From positions 556-64,555 of the forward strand of contig JBKHJR010000004.1 in the NCBI GenBank assembly GCA_046537975.1: a DNA stretch of 64,000 nucleotides, read 5' to 3'. The position numbers and the translations under genes were made by a program. The notes below the pieces were generated by a model. That model made no database searches and was not told the DNA's origin. It was given only the letters and a program-made list of their open reading frames with translations. How positions within the stretch are numbered: the first letter of the stretch is position 1; each line of letters starts with the position of its first letter. The stretch is from Desulfurivibrionaceae bacterium. Lineage in GTDB: Bacteria; Desulfobacterota; Desulfobulbia; Desulfobulbales; SURF-16. Below, one piece after another: positions 8,209-15,995 of the stretch.

Positions 8209-9759
8209 CTAAGCCGATTTATTTCTCTTAAGATAAGCCAGCCTGTTTAAACCGCTCAGATAAGCTTTGACCGCGGCGGTTATAATATCAGGGTCCGCAC
8301 CCTGGCCTACAACCACCCTGCCGTTATCTTCGATTCTTACCATCACCTCGCCCTGGGCGTCCGTACCTCCGGTAATTGAACTGACAGCAAAATAGAGCAG
8401 TTTGCTCTCGGTGCCGGTCAACTCGGCTATAACCCGGTAGGCACTGTCTATGGGACCAACACCCACGGCGGAACCGACCTTTTCCTCATCATTGACCCGC
8501 AGGCATATCGCCGAAGTGGGAATGGTTCTGCTGCCGCTCATATTGCCGAAAGAGACGAGCTGATAGGCCTCGGGAATGCGGATAACCTCATCCAGAAGGA
8601 TGGTCTCCAGATCTTCATCAAACACCTTCTTCTTTATATCGGCGATCTCCTTGAACCTCTTGACCACCTGATCCAATTCTTCTTTGGTTATGTCTCCATA
8701 ACCCATTACCTCCAGCCTGTCCTTTATGGCGTGACGGCCGGAGTGTTTTCCCAGGACCAGGTTACCGGTAGTCAGGCCTATATCAGCAGGATCCATGATT
8801 TCGTAGGTGGATCTTTCCTTCAAGACCCCGTCCTGATGAATACCTGATTCATGGGCAAAGGCATTGGCACCTACTATAGCCTTGTTGGCCTGGATTGACA
8901 TACCTGTTATGGAACTGGCCATCCGGGACGAACTGTGTATATGTTCAGTGACAATGTCGGTTCTGACATCCAGGCGATCAGCCCTGGTCCTGACTGCCAT
9001 GACAAACTCTTCCATGGCGGTATTTCCGGCCCGCTCACCGATACCGTTCAGGGTGGTTTCCACCTGCCTGGCCCCGGCATTTACGGCGGCCAGGGAATTG
9101 GCAACGGCAAGCCCCAGATCATTATGGCAATGAACGCTGATTACGGCCTTGTCTATATTGGGCACATTATTCAGCAGATGGCTGATCTGGGCGGCATATT
9201 CCTCCGGCAGGGCGTAACCTACAGTATCGGGAAAATTTATGGTGGTGGCACCCGCCTTGATCACCGCCTCAATAATCCGGCAGGCAAAATCCAGATCGCT
9301 TCTGGTCGCATCTTCACAGGAGAACTCCACGTTTGAGGTCTTTTTGGCGGCATGTTTAACCGAAGCCACCGCCACCTCAAAGGCCTTGTCCCGGTCCATC
9401 TTGAGCTTGTGCTCCAGATGAATGTCGGATGTGGCCAGAAAAGTGTGAATCCGGGGATTATCTCCATTTTTTATGGCCTCCCAGGCAGTATCAATATCCT
9501 GCTCTCTGGTTCTGGCAAGGGCTGCGATCTGGACTCCCCTTATATTATCGGCGATATTTTTAACACTTTCAAAATCCCCGACGGAAGAAACCGGAAAACC
9601 CGCCTCTATCACGTCCACATTAAGCTTAGCCAGCTGTCCCGCCAGGCGGAACTTTTCCTGCAAGTTCATGGTAGCGCCGGGAGACTGCTCACCATCTCTC
9701 AGGGTCGTGTCAAAAATATATATCTTATCTTTTTTGGTATCTGAATTATCTCGTCCCAT
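8209..9759 (-). CDS. leuA: 2-isopropylmalate synthase
   Basis: IYIFDTTLRDGEQSPGATMN, HCHNDLGLAVANSLAAV and a C-terminal LeuA dimerisation/regulatory domain. Start moved to the ATG at 9759 (MGRDNSD...), 4 nt after the pssA stop. The ORF track extends to 9789. Confidence 0.92.
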   Translation of the reverse strand: MGRDNSDTKKDKIYIFDTTLRDGEQSPGATMNLQEKFRLAGQLAKLNVDVIEAGFPVSSVGDFESVKNIADNIRGVQIAALARTREQDIDTAWEAIKNGDNPRIHTFLATSDIHLEHKLKMDRDKAFEVAVASVKHAAKKTSNVEFSCEDATRSDLDFACRIIEAVIKAGATTINFPDTVGYALPEEYAAQISHLLNNVPNIDKAVISVHCHNDLGLAVANSLAAVNAGARQVETTLNGIGERAGNTAMEEFVMAVRTRADRLDVRTDIVTEHIHSSSRMASSITGMSIQANKAIVGANAFAHESGIHQDGVLKERSTYEIMDPADIGLTTGNLVLGKHSGRHAIKDRLEVMGYGDITKEELDQVVKRFKEIADIKKKVFDEDLETILLDEVIRIPEAYQLVSFGNMSGSRTIPTSAICLRVNDEEKVGSAVGVGPIDSAYRVIAELTGTESKLLYFAVSSITGGTDAQGEVMVRIEDNGRVVVGQGADPDIITAAVKAYLSGLNRLAYLKRNKSA

Positions 9760-9763
9760 TTTT

Positions 9764-10525
9764 CTACCTGTAGTCGCATTCCTGTTCATCTATATTGGTT
9801 TTCCTTCTTTTTCCGGTAACAAACCTGTAAATCCCCGCCGCAGGGGCGGACAGCATATAAACTATGGCCAGCAGAAAAAGTGTTACCGGAGGTTCAGAGG
9901 CAATGACAATCAGGGCCAGAACCATGCCGACCAGAATATAAAAGCTTCTGATCTGGGGTACTTCCTTGAAACTGTTGTACAGATGATTGCTTACCATGAG
10001 GTATGACAATAGATAAACCAGCAATAAAATCACGAGGTCAACCGGGCCGCTGTTGAAAGCGATAAAATCATAAAAAAGCACGGAAGTGGCAATAACCGTG
10101 GCCGCGGCAGGACAGGGAAGACCGATAAACATGTTCTTGGGGGTCCCCTCTATCCGCGAGTTGAAGCGGGCCAGCCGCAGGGCGGTGGTTGCCACATAAA
10201 GAAAGGCGGCCAGCCAGCCGTATCTGCCGAAAGGCTGCATTGCCCATAAATAAGCCATGAGGGCCGGAGCCACTCCGAAGGAGACCAGATCGCTCAGGGA
10301 ATCGTATTCCATCCCGAAATGGCTCATGGTATTGGTGATTCTGGCAACCCTGCCGTCCAGTCCGTCAAAGACTGCGGCAATCAGTATCGCCACTGCGGCC
10401 CGGAAAAAATCTCCTTCCAGAGAAGCGACTATGGAGTAGAATCCGCTGAACATACTCATGGTAGTCAGCAGATTGGGGAGAAGGGCAATGGAACCGCCCT
10501 TTTGTTTCAAAATATTGTCTTTCAC
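9764..10525 (-). CDS. pssA: CDP-diacylglycerol--serine O-phosphatidyltransferase
   Basis: CDP-alcohol phosphatidyltransferase motif FDGLDGRVAR...GMEYDSLSDLVSFGVAP; multi-TM; adjacent to psd. Confidence 0.88.
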   Translation of the reverse strand: MKDNILKQKGGSIALLPNLLTTMSMFSGFYSIVASLEGDFFRAAVAILIAAVFDGLDGRVARITNTMSHFGMEYDSLSDLVSFGVAPALMAYLWAMQPFGRYGWLAAFLYVATTALRLARFNSRIEGTPKNMFIGLPCPAAATVIATSVLFYDFIAFNSGPVDLVILLLVYLLSYLMVSNHLYNSFKEVPQIRSFYILVGMVLALIVIASEPPVTLFLLAIVYMLSAPAAGIYRFVTGKRRKTNIDEQECDYR

Positions 10526-10543
10526 AGAACCTCCAGTTTTAAT

Positions 10544-11200
10544 CTAAGAACCCAAAACTCCCAATGTCGTCTCTCCGGCCTTCACTTTCTGACCGTTTTC
10601 AACCCGGACTTCGGTCTCCGCCGGAAGATATAGATCCACCCTGGAGCCAAAACGGATCAGGCCGAACCTCTGGCCGGAAAGGACCTTATCTCCGGGCTCG
10701 GCCCGGCATACTATGCGCCGGGCTACAAGGCCGGCAATCTGGACCATCTTATAACTATATCCTCCATCAGTATCTATGACAAGGGAACAACGTTCATTTT
10801 CCAGACCGGCCCGCTCTGTATCCGCAGAGTAGAACCTCCCCGGGGAAAAGCTGACCGACCTGACTCTTCCGGCCAAGGGTATGCGGTTGACATGGACATT
10901 AAAAATGTTCATGAAGATACTTATTTTCAAGGATTCTTCTCCGGCGGACCGTTCATCCCGGATTTTTTCCACCAGAATGATTCTGCCGTCGGCCGGGGCG
11001 ACAACCGCCCCCTCTTCCTCCGGCCTGATTCGTTCGGGATCCCTGAAGAAGTAGAGGCAGAAACCGGTGCAGAGCAGGGTCAGGAGGCTGACAACAGGCA
11101 GCTCCAGACCGGCGGCAACCAGAGTGACAAGGGCGGAGAAACCGATAAAGGGGTAGCCTTCGTCCGCCACCGGAATTTTTTCTTTTCTCATATCTTCCAC
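10544..11200 (-). CDS. psd: phosphatidylserine decarboxylase proenzyme (short, Asd-type)
   Basis: 218 aa. N-terminal TMs, and C-terminal FGSRVDLYLP containing the G-S self-cleavage site. Sits upstream of pssA. Confidence 0.85.
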   Translation of the reverse strand: MEDMRKEKIPVADEGYPFIGFSALVTLVAAGLELPVVSLLTLLCTGFCLYFFRDPERIRPEEEGAVVAPADGRIILVEKIRDERSAGEESLKISIFMNIFNVHVNRIPLAGRVRSVSFSPGRFYSADTERAGLENERCSLVIDTDGGYSYKMVQIAGLVARRIVCRAEPGDKVLSGQRFGLIRFGSRVDLYLPAETEVRVENGQKVKAGETTLGVLGS

Positions 11201-11316
11201 GGAATAATTTCACGGGACCGGGCAGTCTATGGTCCCCGGCCTTGTTTACTTATTGTCAGTTTGCAGGGAGTTAAAAATAAAACAAACCGGCACCTGAAAG
11301 AGGTTGCCGGCTTGTC

Positions 11317-11348
11317 AAAAAAAATTAAATATCCGCATTCAAGCGGAT
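11317..11348 (-). terminator. rho-independent terminator after ilvN
   Basis: Reverse strand reads ATCCGC-ttgaat-GCGGAT followed by atttaaTTTTTTTT, just after the ilvN stop at 11355. A second weaker hairpin plus T-rich run follows at about 11266-11310. Confidence 0.6.
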
Positions 11349-11354
11349 TGGACC

Positions 11355-11840
11355 TTAATTCTTTTTAGGAGCCCTGGTCATGGCTATAGTCCCGGTACGA
11401 ATAACCTCTTGAATACCGATGGGCCTGAGAAGATCAATCATGGCCTCGATCTTGTCCCCGGTGCCGGTAACCTCCACGGCAAAGGATCTGGTACTGACAT
11501 CAACCACCCGGGCCCGGAAGATATCCACTATCCTCAGAACCTCGGCCCTGGTACCAGCCTCGGCCTTGACCCGGATAAGTACCAGCTCTCTTTCAACACA
11601 AGACTTTTCGCTGATATCCTGGACCTTTATAACGTCAATCAGCTTGTTGAGCTGTTTGGTTATCTGCTCAATAATGGCATTATCCCCGACTGTAACCAGA
11701 GTCAGACAGGAGACATCTTCTTCCAGGGTAGGAGCTACTGCCAGACTCTCAATATTAAACCCCCGGCCGCTGAACAGGCCGGTAACTCTGGACAGGGCTC
11801 CCGGTTTGTTCTGTAGTAGTACGGATATGGTATGTTTCAT
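11355..11840 (-). CDS. ilvN: acetolactate synthase small (regulatory) subunit
   Basis: HTISVLLQNKPGALSRVTGLFSGRGFNIESLAV (ACT domain); immediately downstream of ilvB. Confidence 0.92.
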   Translation of the reverse strand: MKHTISVLLQNKPGALSRVTGLFSGRGFNIESLAVAPTLEEDVSCLTLVTVGDNAIIEQITKQLNKLIDVIKVQDISEKSCVERELVLIRVKAEAGTRAEVLRIVDIFRARVVDVSTRSFAVEVTGTGDKIEAMIDLLRPIGIQEVIRTGTIAMTRAPKKN

Positions 11841-11868
11841 AGGTGGCTGCCTTTTCTGTTCTTGATTA

Positions 11869-13569
11869 TTACACCAGAAGCATTTCAGTGGTTGCCTTTC
11901 CTGCCGGGACCATGGGGAACACCCCTTCTTCCCGGGAAATGGCGAAATCCATGATAACCGTGTTGTCTGTTTCCAGGGCCTGCCTGATTACCGGCTCCAC
12001 CTCCTCCGGTCTGGTAGCCCGCAGTCCCACCGCCCCATAAGCCTGGGCCAGGGCCACAAAATCCGGGGCGGTTTCCAGGGTGGTGGCGGCATATTTCTTG
12101 TTGTAAAACAGTTCCTGCCACTGCCGGACCATGCCGAGAAAGCCGTTATTGAGAATGACGATCTTGACCGGAAGCCTGTTATGTCGGGCGGTGGCCAGTT
12201 CCTGAATATTCATCTGGATGCTGCCGTCGCCGGCAATATCAATGACGGTCTTGTCCGGGGCGGCGATCTGGGCCCCAATGGCGGCCGGAAATCCGAATCC
12301 CATGACCCCCAGGCCTCCGGAAGTGATAAAGTGCCTGGGATGGTTAAAATGATAGAACTGGGCGGCCCACATCTGGTTCTGGCCCACTTCCGTGGTAATT
12401 ATGGCATCTCCGTGGGTCAGCTCGTTCAATTTCTGAATGACATACTGGGGCTTGATAACGTCGGTCTCTTCCACATAACCCAGGGGATGCTCCCGCTTCC
12501 AGTCGGTTATCTGCTGGAGCCAGGGACCATGCTTTTCCTTCTCTGCCGCCGGGTCAAAGGAGTCGCTCCGCTCAAACCAGGCATTAACGGCCACCAGGGC
12601 ATGCTTGCAGTCGGCGACAATGGGGATGTCCACCTTGACGTTCTTGCTGATGGAACTGGGGTCGATATCGATATGAATCACCTTGGCCTTGGGGGCAAAG
12701 GCGTCTATCCGGCCGGTTACCCGGTCGTCGAACCGGGCTCCCACGGCAATAAGCAGATCACTGTTGGCCACCGCCATGTTGGAGTAATAGGTGCCGTGCA
12801 TCCCCAGCATCCCCATGGAAAGGGGATCCGTGCCCGGGAACCCGCCCAGTCCCATAAGGGTCATGGTAACCGGAATATCGAGCTTTCGGGCCAGTTCAGT
12901 CACCTCTTCGTGGGCATTGGAGGCGATAACCCCGCCGCCGATGTAAAGCACCGGTTTTTTGGCCTTCAGTATGGCCCGGCAGGTTTTATCGATCTGCTTC
13001 TGGTTCGGTTCATAGGTGGGCCGGTAGGTTTTAATCCTCACCGGCTTGAATTCCGGAAAATTAACCTTGGCAGCCATTACATCCTTGGGGAGGTCAACCA
13101 GAACAGGGCCGGGCCTGCCGGTCCTGGCGATATGGAAGGCCTCTCTTATGGTGGCGACCAGATCTTTGGAATCCTTGACCAGATAGTTGTGCTTGGTACA
13201 GGGCCGGGTAATGCCGACAATATCGACTTCCTGGAAGGCGTCATTGCCGATAAGGGGAGTCGGGACCTGGCCGGTGAAAACCACCACCGGGATAGAGTCC
13301 ATATAGGCGGAAGCAATAGCGGTAACAGTGTTGGTTGCACCCGGTCCGGAAGTTACCAGGGCCACACCCACATCACCTTGCACCCGGGCGTAGGAATCGG
13401 CGGCATGCACCGCCGCCTGTTCATGGCGCACCAGATAATGGTGGATGGCGGACTGGTCGTGCAGCTGGTCGTATAAATCGATTATGGCCCCGCCGGGATA
13501 ACCGAAAATAGTATCAACATCCTGTTCTTCAAGGCACTTGACAAATGCCTCTGTCGCTTTCATTTTCAT
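11869..13569 (-). CDS. ilvB: acetolactate synthase large subunit (biosynthetic type)
   Basis: 566 aa. ThDP enzyme motifs (GYPGGAI, GDGSIQMNIQELAT, ILNNGFLGMVRQWQ). Confidence 0.93.
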   Translation of the reverse strand: MKMKATEAFVKCLEEQDVDTIFGYPGGAIIDLYDQLHDQSAIHHYLVRHEQAAVHAADSYARVQGDVGVALVTSGPGATNTVTAIASAYMDSIPVVVFTGQVPTPLIGNDAFQEVDIVGITRPCTKHNYLVKDSKDLVATIREAFHIARTGRPGPVLVDLPKDVMAAKVNFPEFKPVRIKTYRPTYEPNQKQIDKTCRAILKAKKPVLYIGGGVIASNAHEEVTELARKLDIPVTMTLMGLGGFPGTDPLSMGMLGMHGTYYSNMAVANSDLLIAVGARFDDRVTGRIDAFAPKAKVIHIDIDPSSISKNVKVDIPIVADCKHALVAVNAWFERSDSFDPAAEKEKHGPWLQQITDWKREHPLGYVEETDVIKPQYVIQKLNELTHGDAIITTEVGQNQMWAAQFYHFNHPRHFITSGGLGVMGFGFPAAIGAQIAAPDKTVIDIAGDGSIQMNIQELATARHNRLPVKIVILNNGFLGMVRQWQELFYNKKYAATTLETAPDFVALAQAYGAVGLRATRPEEVEPVIRQALETDNTVIMDFAISREEGVFPMVPAGKATTEMLLV

Positions 13570-13709
13570 AGCCTATTGCCTGCTTTTCTTAAGGTTCGGA
13601 GTTCAGGTTTCAGGATCCGGAAACCGGGATTTTTCATTACAGTTCATGGAAATCACGCAAATCATGATTACATGATCCTGAAGTGCAGCATATTGTGCTG
13701 AAACAAAAA

Positions 13710-13737
13710 AATATATCTATTTATAACTCCTTGTCAA
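13710..13737 (-). promoter_or_regulatory. candidate sigma-70 promoter for ilvBN (TTGACA-16-TATATT)
   Basis: Reverse strand reads TTGACA (13737-13732), a 16-nt spacer, then TATATT (13715-13710). This leaves a roughly 130-nt leader before the ilvB ATG. Confidence 0.5.
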
Positions 13738-13792
13738 GCTTATTCCGTGTGCATTAAACATTCCAGCTCAATAATTGCGTTTTTTTCAGCTC

Positions 13793-14608
13793 TCATCTTC
13801 CGCCTTCCATTTTGCGCAGGAACTCATCCACTGCCTGCCTGCCTTCCCGGCCCAGGTCCCTGGAGAACTCATTGACATAGAGTTTTATGTGGCTGTCTAT
13901 CACCCGGTCGTCAAGCTCATCGGCATGGCGTTTTATATAATCGTATCCCGCCCCGGGGTGTTCATACCCATACGATATACTGGCCCTGATACAGCTATCA
14001 ATCCTGTTAACCATCTCCTCCCCCAATTCCCGTCTGGCTGCTATTCCTCCAAGCGGTATGGGGCAGCCGGTCTCCTCTTCCCACCAGGCCCCCAGGTCCC
14101 GGAGACAGACCAGGTTGTATTCGGGATAGATAAAGCGGCTCTCATGGATGATCACCCCTCCGTCCACCTCTCCCGCCGCCACCGCCTCCATGATCCGGTC
14201 GAAACGCATGGGCACCAATCCCCCGCATTCCGGGGCAAACAGCTTGAGAAGGGCGGCCGCTGTGGTGTACCGTCCCGGGATGGCAATCTTTTTGCTTTTG
14301 ATTTCTCTTAAGGGCCACTCCCGGCCCGCGATCAGCAGGGGGCCGCAGCCCCGGCCCAGGGCGGCTCCGGAATTGAGCAGGATATATTTGTCCCGGACGT
14401 GGAAGTAAGCGGCAAAGCTCATCTTGCTCACCTCCAGGCGCCCCTCCAGGGCCCACTCGTTCAGGGTCTCCACGTCAGCCAGGACCGGTTCACGGAAAAG
14501 CCGGCAGTCCCCGCCGACAAGGCCGTGGACCAGGGCATGGAAGATAAAGGTATCGTTGGGACAGGGAGAAAAACCCAGGGAAAACAGATTGTTATTTTGA
14601 GAATCCAT
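13793..14608 (-). CDS. mqnD: 1,4-dihydroxy-6-naphthoate synthase (futalosine menaquinone pathway)
   Basis: 271 aa. N-terminal LGFSPCPNDTFIFHALVHG is characteristic of MqnD. Confidence 0.8.
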   Translation of the reverse strand: MDSQNNNLFSLGFSPCPNDTFIFHALVHGLVGGDCRLFREPVLADVETLNEWALEGRLEVSKMSFAAYFHVRDKYILLNSGAALGRGCGPLLIAGREWPLREIKSKKIAIPGRYTTAAALLKLFAPECGGLVPMRFDRIMEAVAAGEVDGGVIIHESRFIYPEYNLVCLRDLGAWWEEETGCPIPLGGIAARRELGEEMVNRIDSCIRASISYGYEHPGAGYDYIKRHADELDDRVIDSHIKLYVNEFSRDLGREGRQAVDEFLRKMEGGR

Positions 14609-14678
14609 GATCGGCAGTCAATTGATTGAATTTACCTGTTCGTTTCGGCAGCTGCTTTTTTAAGCTGCCAACAATTAT

Positions 14679-14735
14679 TGTCAGTCGGTGACAAAAATTG
14701 TCAGTAAAGGTGACGGAAATTGTCAGCAGATGACA
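14679..14735 (+). promoter_or_regulatory. three phased TGTCA-N5-7-TGAC(A) inverted repeats; candidate enhancer-binding-protein (PilR-type) UAS
   Basis: TGTCAgtcggTGACA at 14679-14693, TGTCAgtaaaggTGAC at 14699-14714 and TGTCAgcagaTGACA at 14721-14735. Starts are spaced 20 and 22 bp, 100-155 bp upstream of the sigma-54 element. Confidence 0.55.
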
Positions 14736-14833
14736 TCCATCAGGAGCCCTTTTGATATTCCAGAGAAGATATACTTAAACATTATTTAGATAAATCAGCA
14801 AGATATAAAAAGATTATCGTATCTTTTCCGCCG

Positions 14834-14849
14834 TGGCATGATATTAGCA
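14834..14849 (+). promoter_or_regulatory. sigma-54 (RpoN) -24/-12 promoter upstream of pilin 1
   Basis: TGGCATgatatTAGCA compared with consensus TGGCAC-N5-TTGCA. GG and GC are correctly spaced. Lies 87 nt upstream of the pilin ATG at 14936. Confidence 0.65.
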
Positions 14850-14935
14850 CATATAACGGACAAAAGACAACGAGGCAGAAAAATAATCTATGGCTTATGT
14901 CTTAAACAACCACTCATTTCAAGAAGGAGGTTAAG

Positions 14936-15154
14936 ATGTTCAAACTATTTCACCAGAAGAAGGATCAAAAGGGTTTTACCCTGGTCGAACTGATGATCGT
15001 TGTTGCCATTATCGGCATCCTGGCGGCCATCGCCATCCCCCAGTTCGCCAAGTACCGGGAAAGAGGGTATAACTCGGCGGCCCTCAGCGATCTGCGCAAC
15101 ACCCGTACCGACCTGGAAGGGTTCATGGCGGAATGGCAGAACTATCCCTATTAA
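14936..15154 (+). CDS. pilA: truncated Geobacter-type type IVa pilin (PilA-N-like prepilin), mature 59 aa
   Basis: Leader [13 protein letters not shown]|[24 protein letters not shown]... carries a class III signal with G-1/F+1/E+5. The protein ends after the helix (…[13 protein letters not shown]). Strong SD (aaggagg) present. Confidence 0.9.
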   Translation: MFKLFHQKKDQKGFTLVELMIVVAIIGILAAIAIPQFAKYRERGYNSAALSDLRNTRTDLEGFMAEWQNYPY

Positions 15155-15218
15155 ACCAAGGTCCTATGCAGTCAAAACTTAAAATCAAGCTTTTTCCCTT
15201 TTATTAAGGAGGTTAATA

Positions 15219-15596
15219 ATGAAAAAACAGTTTATAAGTACCATAATCCTGGTAGGGGCTCTGGCTCTGGCCCAGCAAGGTTTTTCGGAGACCCAAGAAG
15301 TAACTGACGGGGGAGATATAGGAACCACCGATGTGCTGGAAAATGTCAGCCTGTCTCCCGGTGTAACCCTTCAATATTCTCCTGATACTGCCGGCAACGG
15401 TACATCATATGCAATGGCTTCTAAAAATGATCAAGGCCCCATGGCCTACGCTGTCGAGGCCGGTAACACCGCTGTTTACCAGAATGATGTAGGAACTGAT
15501 GCCGGACTTGCTGATTGGGCAGTCGAAGATGATGGAACTACAACCAATAGCACCTTAGAAGATAACTACGCTGACTATGAAAAAATGGGCCAGTAG
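15219..15596 (+). CDS. small secreted acidic protein; positional analogue of Geobacter PilA-C
   Basis: 125 aa. Sec signal MKKQFISTIILVGALALA|QQ. The mature part is rich in D/E/T/G and has no Cys. Strong SD (aaggagg). Sits 64 nt after pilin 1 with no intervening terminator. Confidence 0.7.
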   Translation: MKKQFISTIILVGALALAQQGFSETQEVTDGGDIGTTDVLENVSLSPGVTLQYSPDTAGNGTSYAMASKNDQGPMAYAVEAGNTAVYQNDVGTDAGLADWAVEDDGTTTNSTLEDNYADYEKMGQ

Positions 15597-15620
15597 AAAA
15601 GCCTGAGAAAATTTAGCCAG

Positions 15621-15649
15621 CCCCCTTCCCCGTACCGGAAGGGGGTTTT
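15621..15649 (+). terminator. rho-independent terminator after the 125-aa ORF
   Basis: CCCCCTTCC-ccgtacc-GGAAGGGGG followed by TTTT, 25 nt after the stop codon. Confidence 0.8.
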
Positions 15650-15689
15650 CAATATTAACGATTGCATTTTTACTCTGACGAGGAGTAAG

Positions 15690-15914
15690 ATGGGAAAATC
15701 AAGCTATCAAAATGTCGGAAAAAACAAAAAGGGGTTCACCCTGGTGGAACTGATGGTTGTTGTGGCCATAGTGGGCATTCTGGCATCGGTGGCAGTTACC
15801 CAGTTCACCAAGTATCGGGGACGGGCCCATGACAGTGTGGCCTTAAGCGATATCCGCAATACCCGTACAGCGGTGGAAGGTTTCATGAGCGAATGGCAGC
15901 ACTACCCTTACTGA
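15690..15914 (+). CDS. pilA: second truncated Geobacter-type pilin paralogue (PilA-N-like), mature 59 aa
   Basis: Leader MGKSSYQNVGKNKKG|FTLVELMVVVAIVGILASVAVTQF... The C-terminus VEGFMSEWQHYPY parallels pilin 1. Confidence 0.88.
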   Translation: MGKSSYQNVGKNKKGFTLVELMVVVAIVGILASVAVTQFTKYRGRAHDSVALSDIRNTRTAVEGFMSEWQHYPY

Positions 15915-15944
15915 TCCGGAGTCAAAATCAAATAAATCAAAACG

Positions 15945-15969
15945 GATGAGTTCCGTAACAGAACTCATC
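15945..15969 (+). terminator. stem-loop after pilin 2 (possible terminator, no T-run)
   Basis: GATGAGTTC-cgtaaca-GAACTCATC, a 9-bp stem, 30 nt after the stop. It lacks a U tract, so the function is uncertain. Confidence 0.35.
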
Positions 15970-15995
15970 TCCAGCCCTTAAGTTCCTGATCCCAA

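Noticed and set aside
12181-13476. Long antisense ORFs opposite well-supported genes. Examples: 431 aa opposite ilvB (12181-13476), 392 aa opposite malQ (19335-20513), 246 aa at 21153-21893, 203 aa at 15978-16589 and at 17527-18138, 209 aa at 7341-7970, 200 aa at 23641-24243, and 249 aa at 25368-26117.
   Set aside because: Their translations are low-complexity (G/P/R/H-rich) with no recognisable motifs. Each lies fully inside a gene with strong family signatures on the other strand. This is a typical stop-codon-poor antisense frame artefact.
13570-13709. Possible ilvB leader peptide or attenuator.
   Set aside because: The small ORFs in the leader (MLHFRIM*, MICVISMNCNEKSRFPDPET*) are not Val/Leu/Ile runs. 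The hairpins present (ATCATG-taat-CATGAT, GGTTTC...GAAACC) are not followed by a U tract on the coding strand.
15651-15689. Possible second sigma-54 promoter in front of pilin 2 (TTGCA at 15662-15666).
   Set aside because: There is no GG dinucleotide at the required -24 position 10 bp upstream. Only a weak sigma-70-like TTCAAT-17-TACTCT is present. The promoter for pilin 2 is left undefined.
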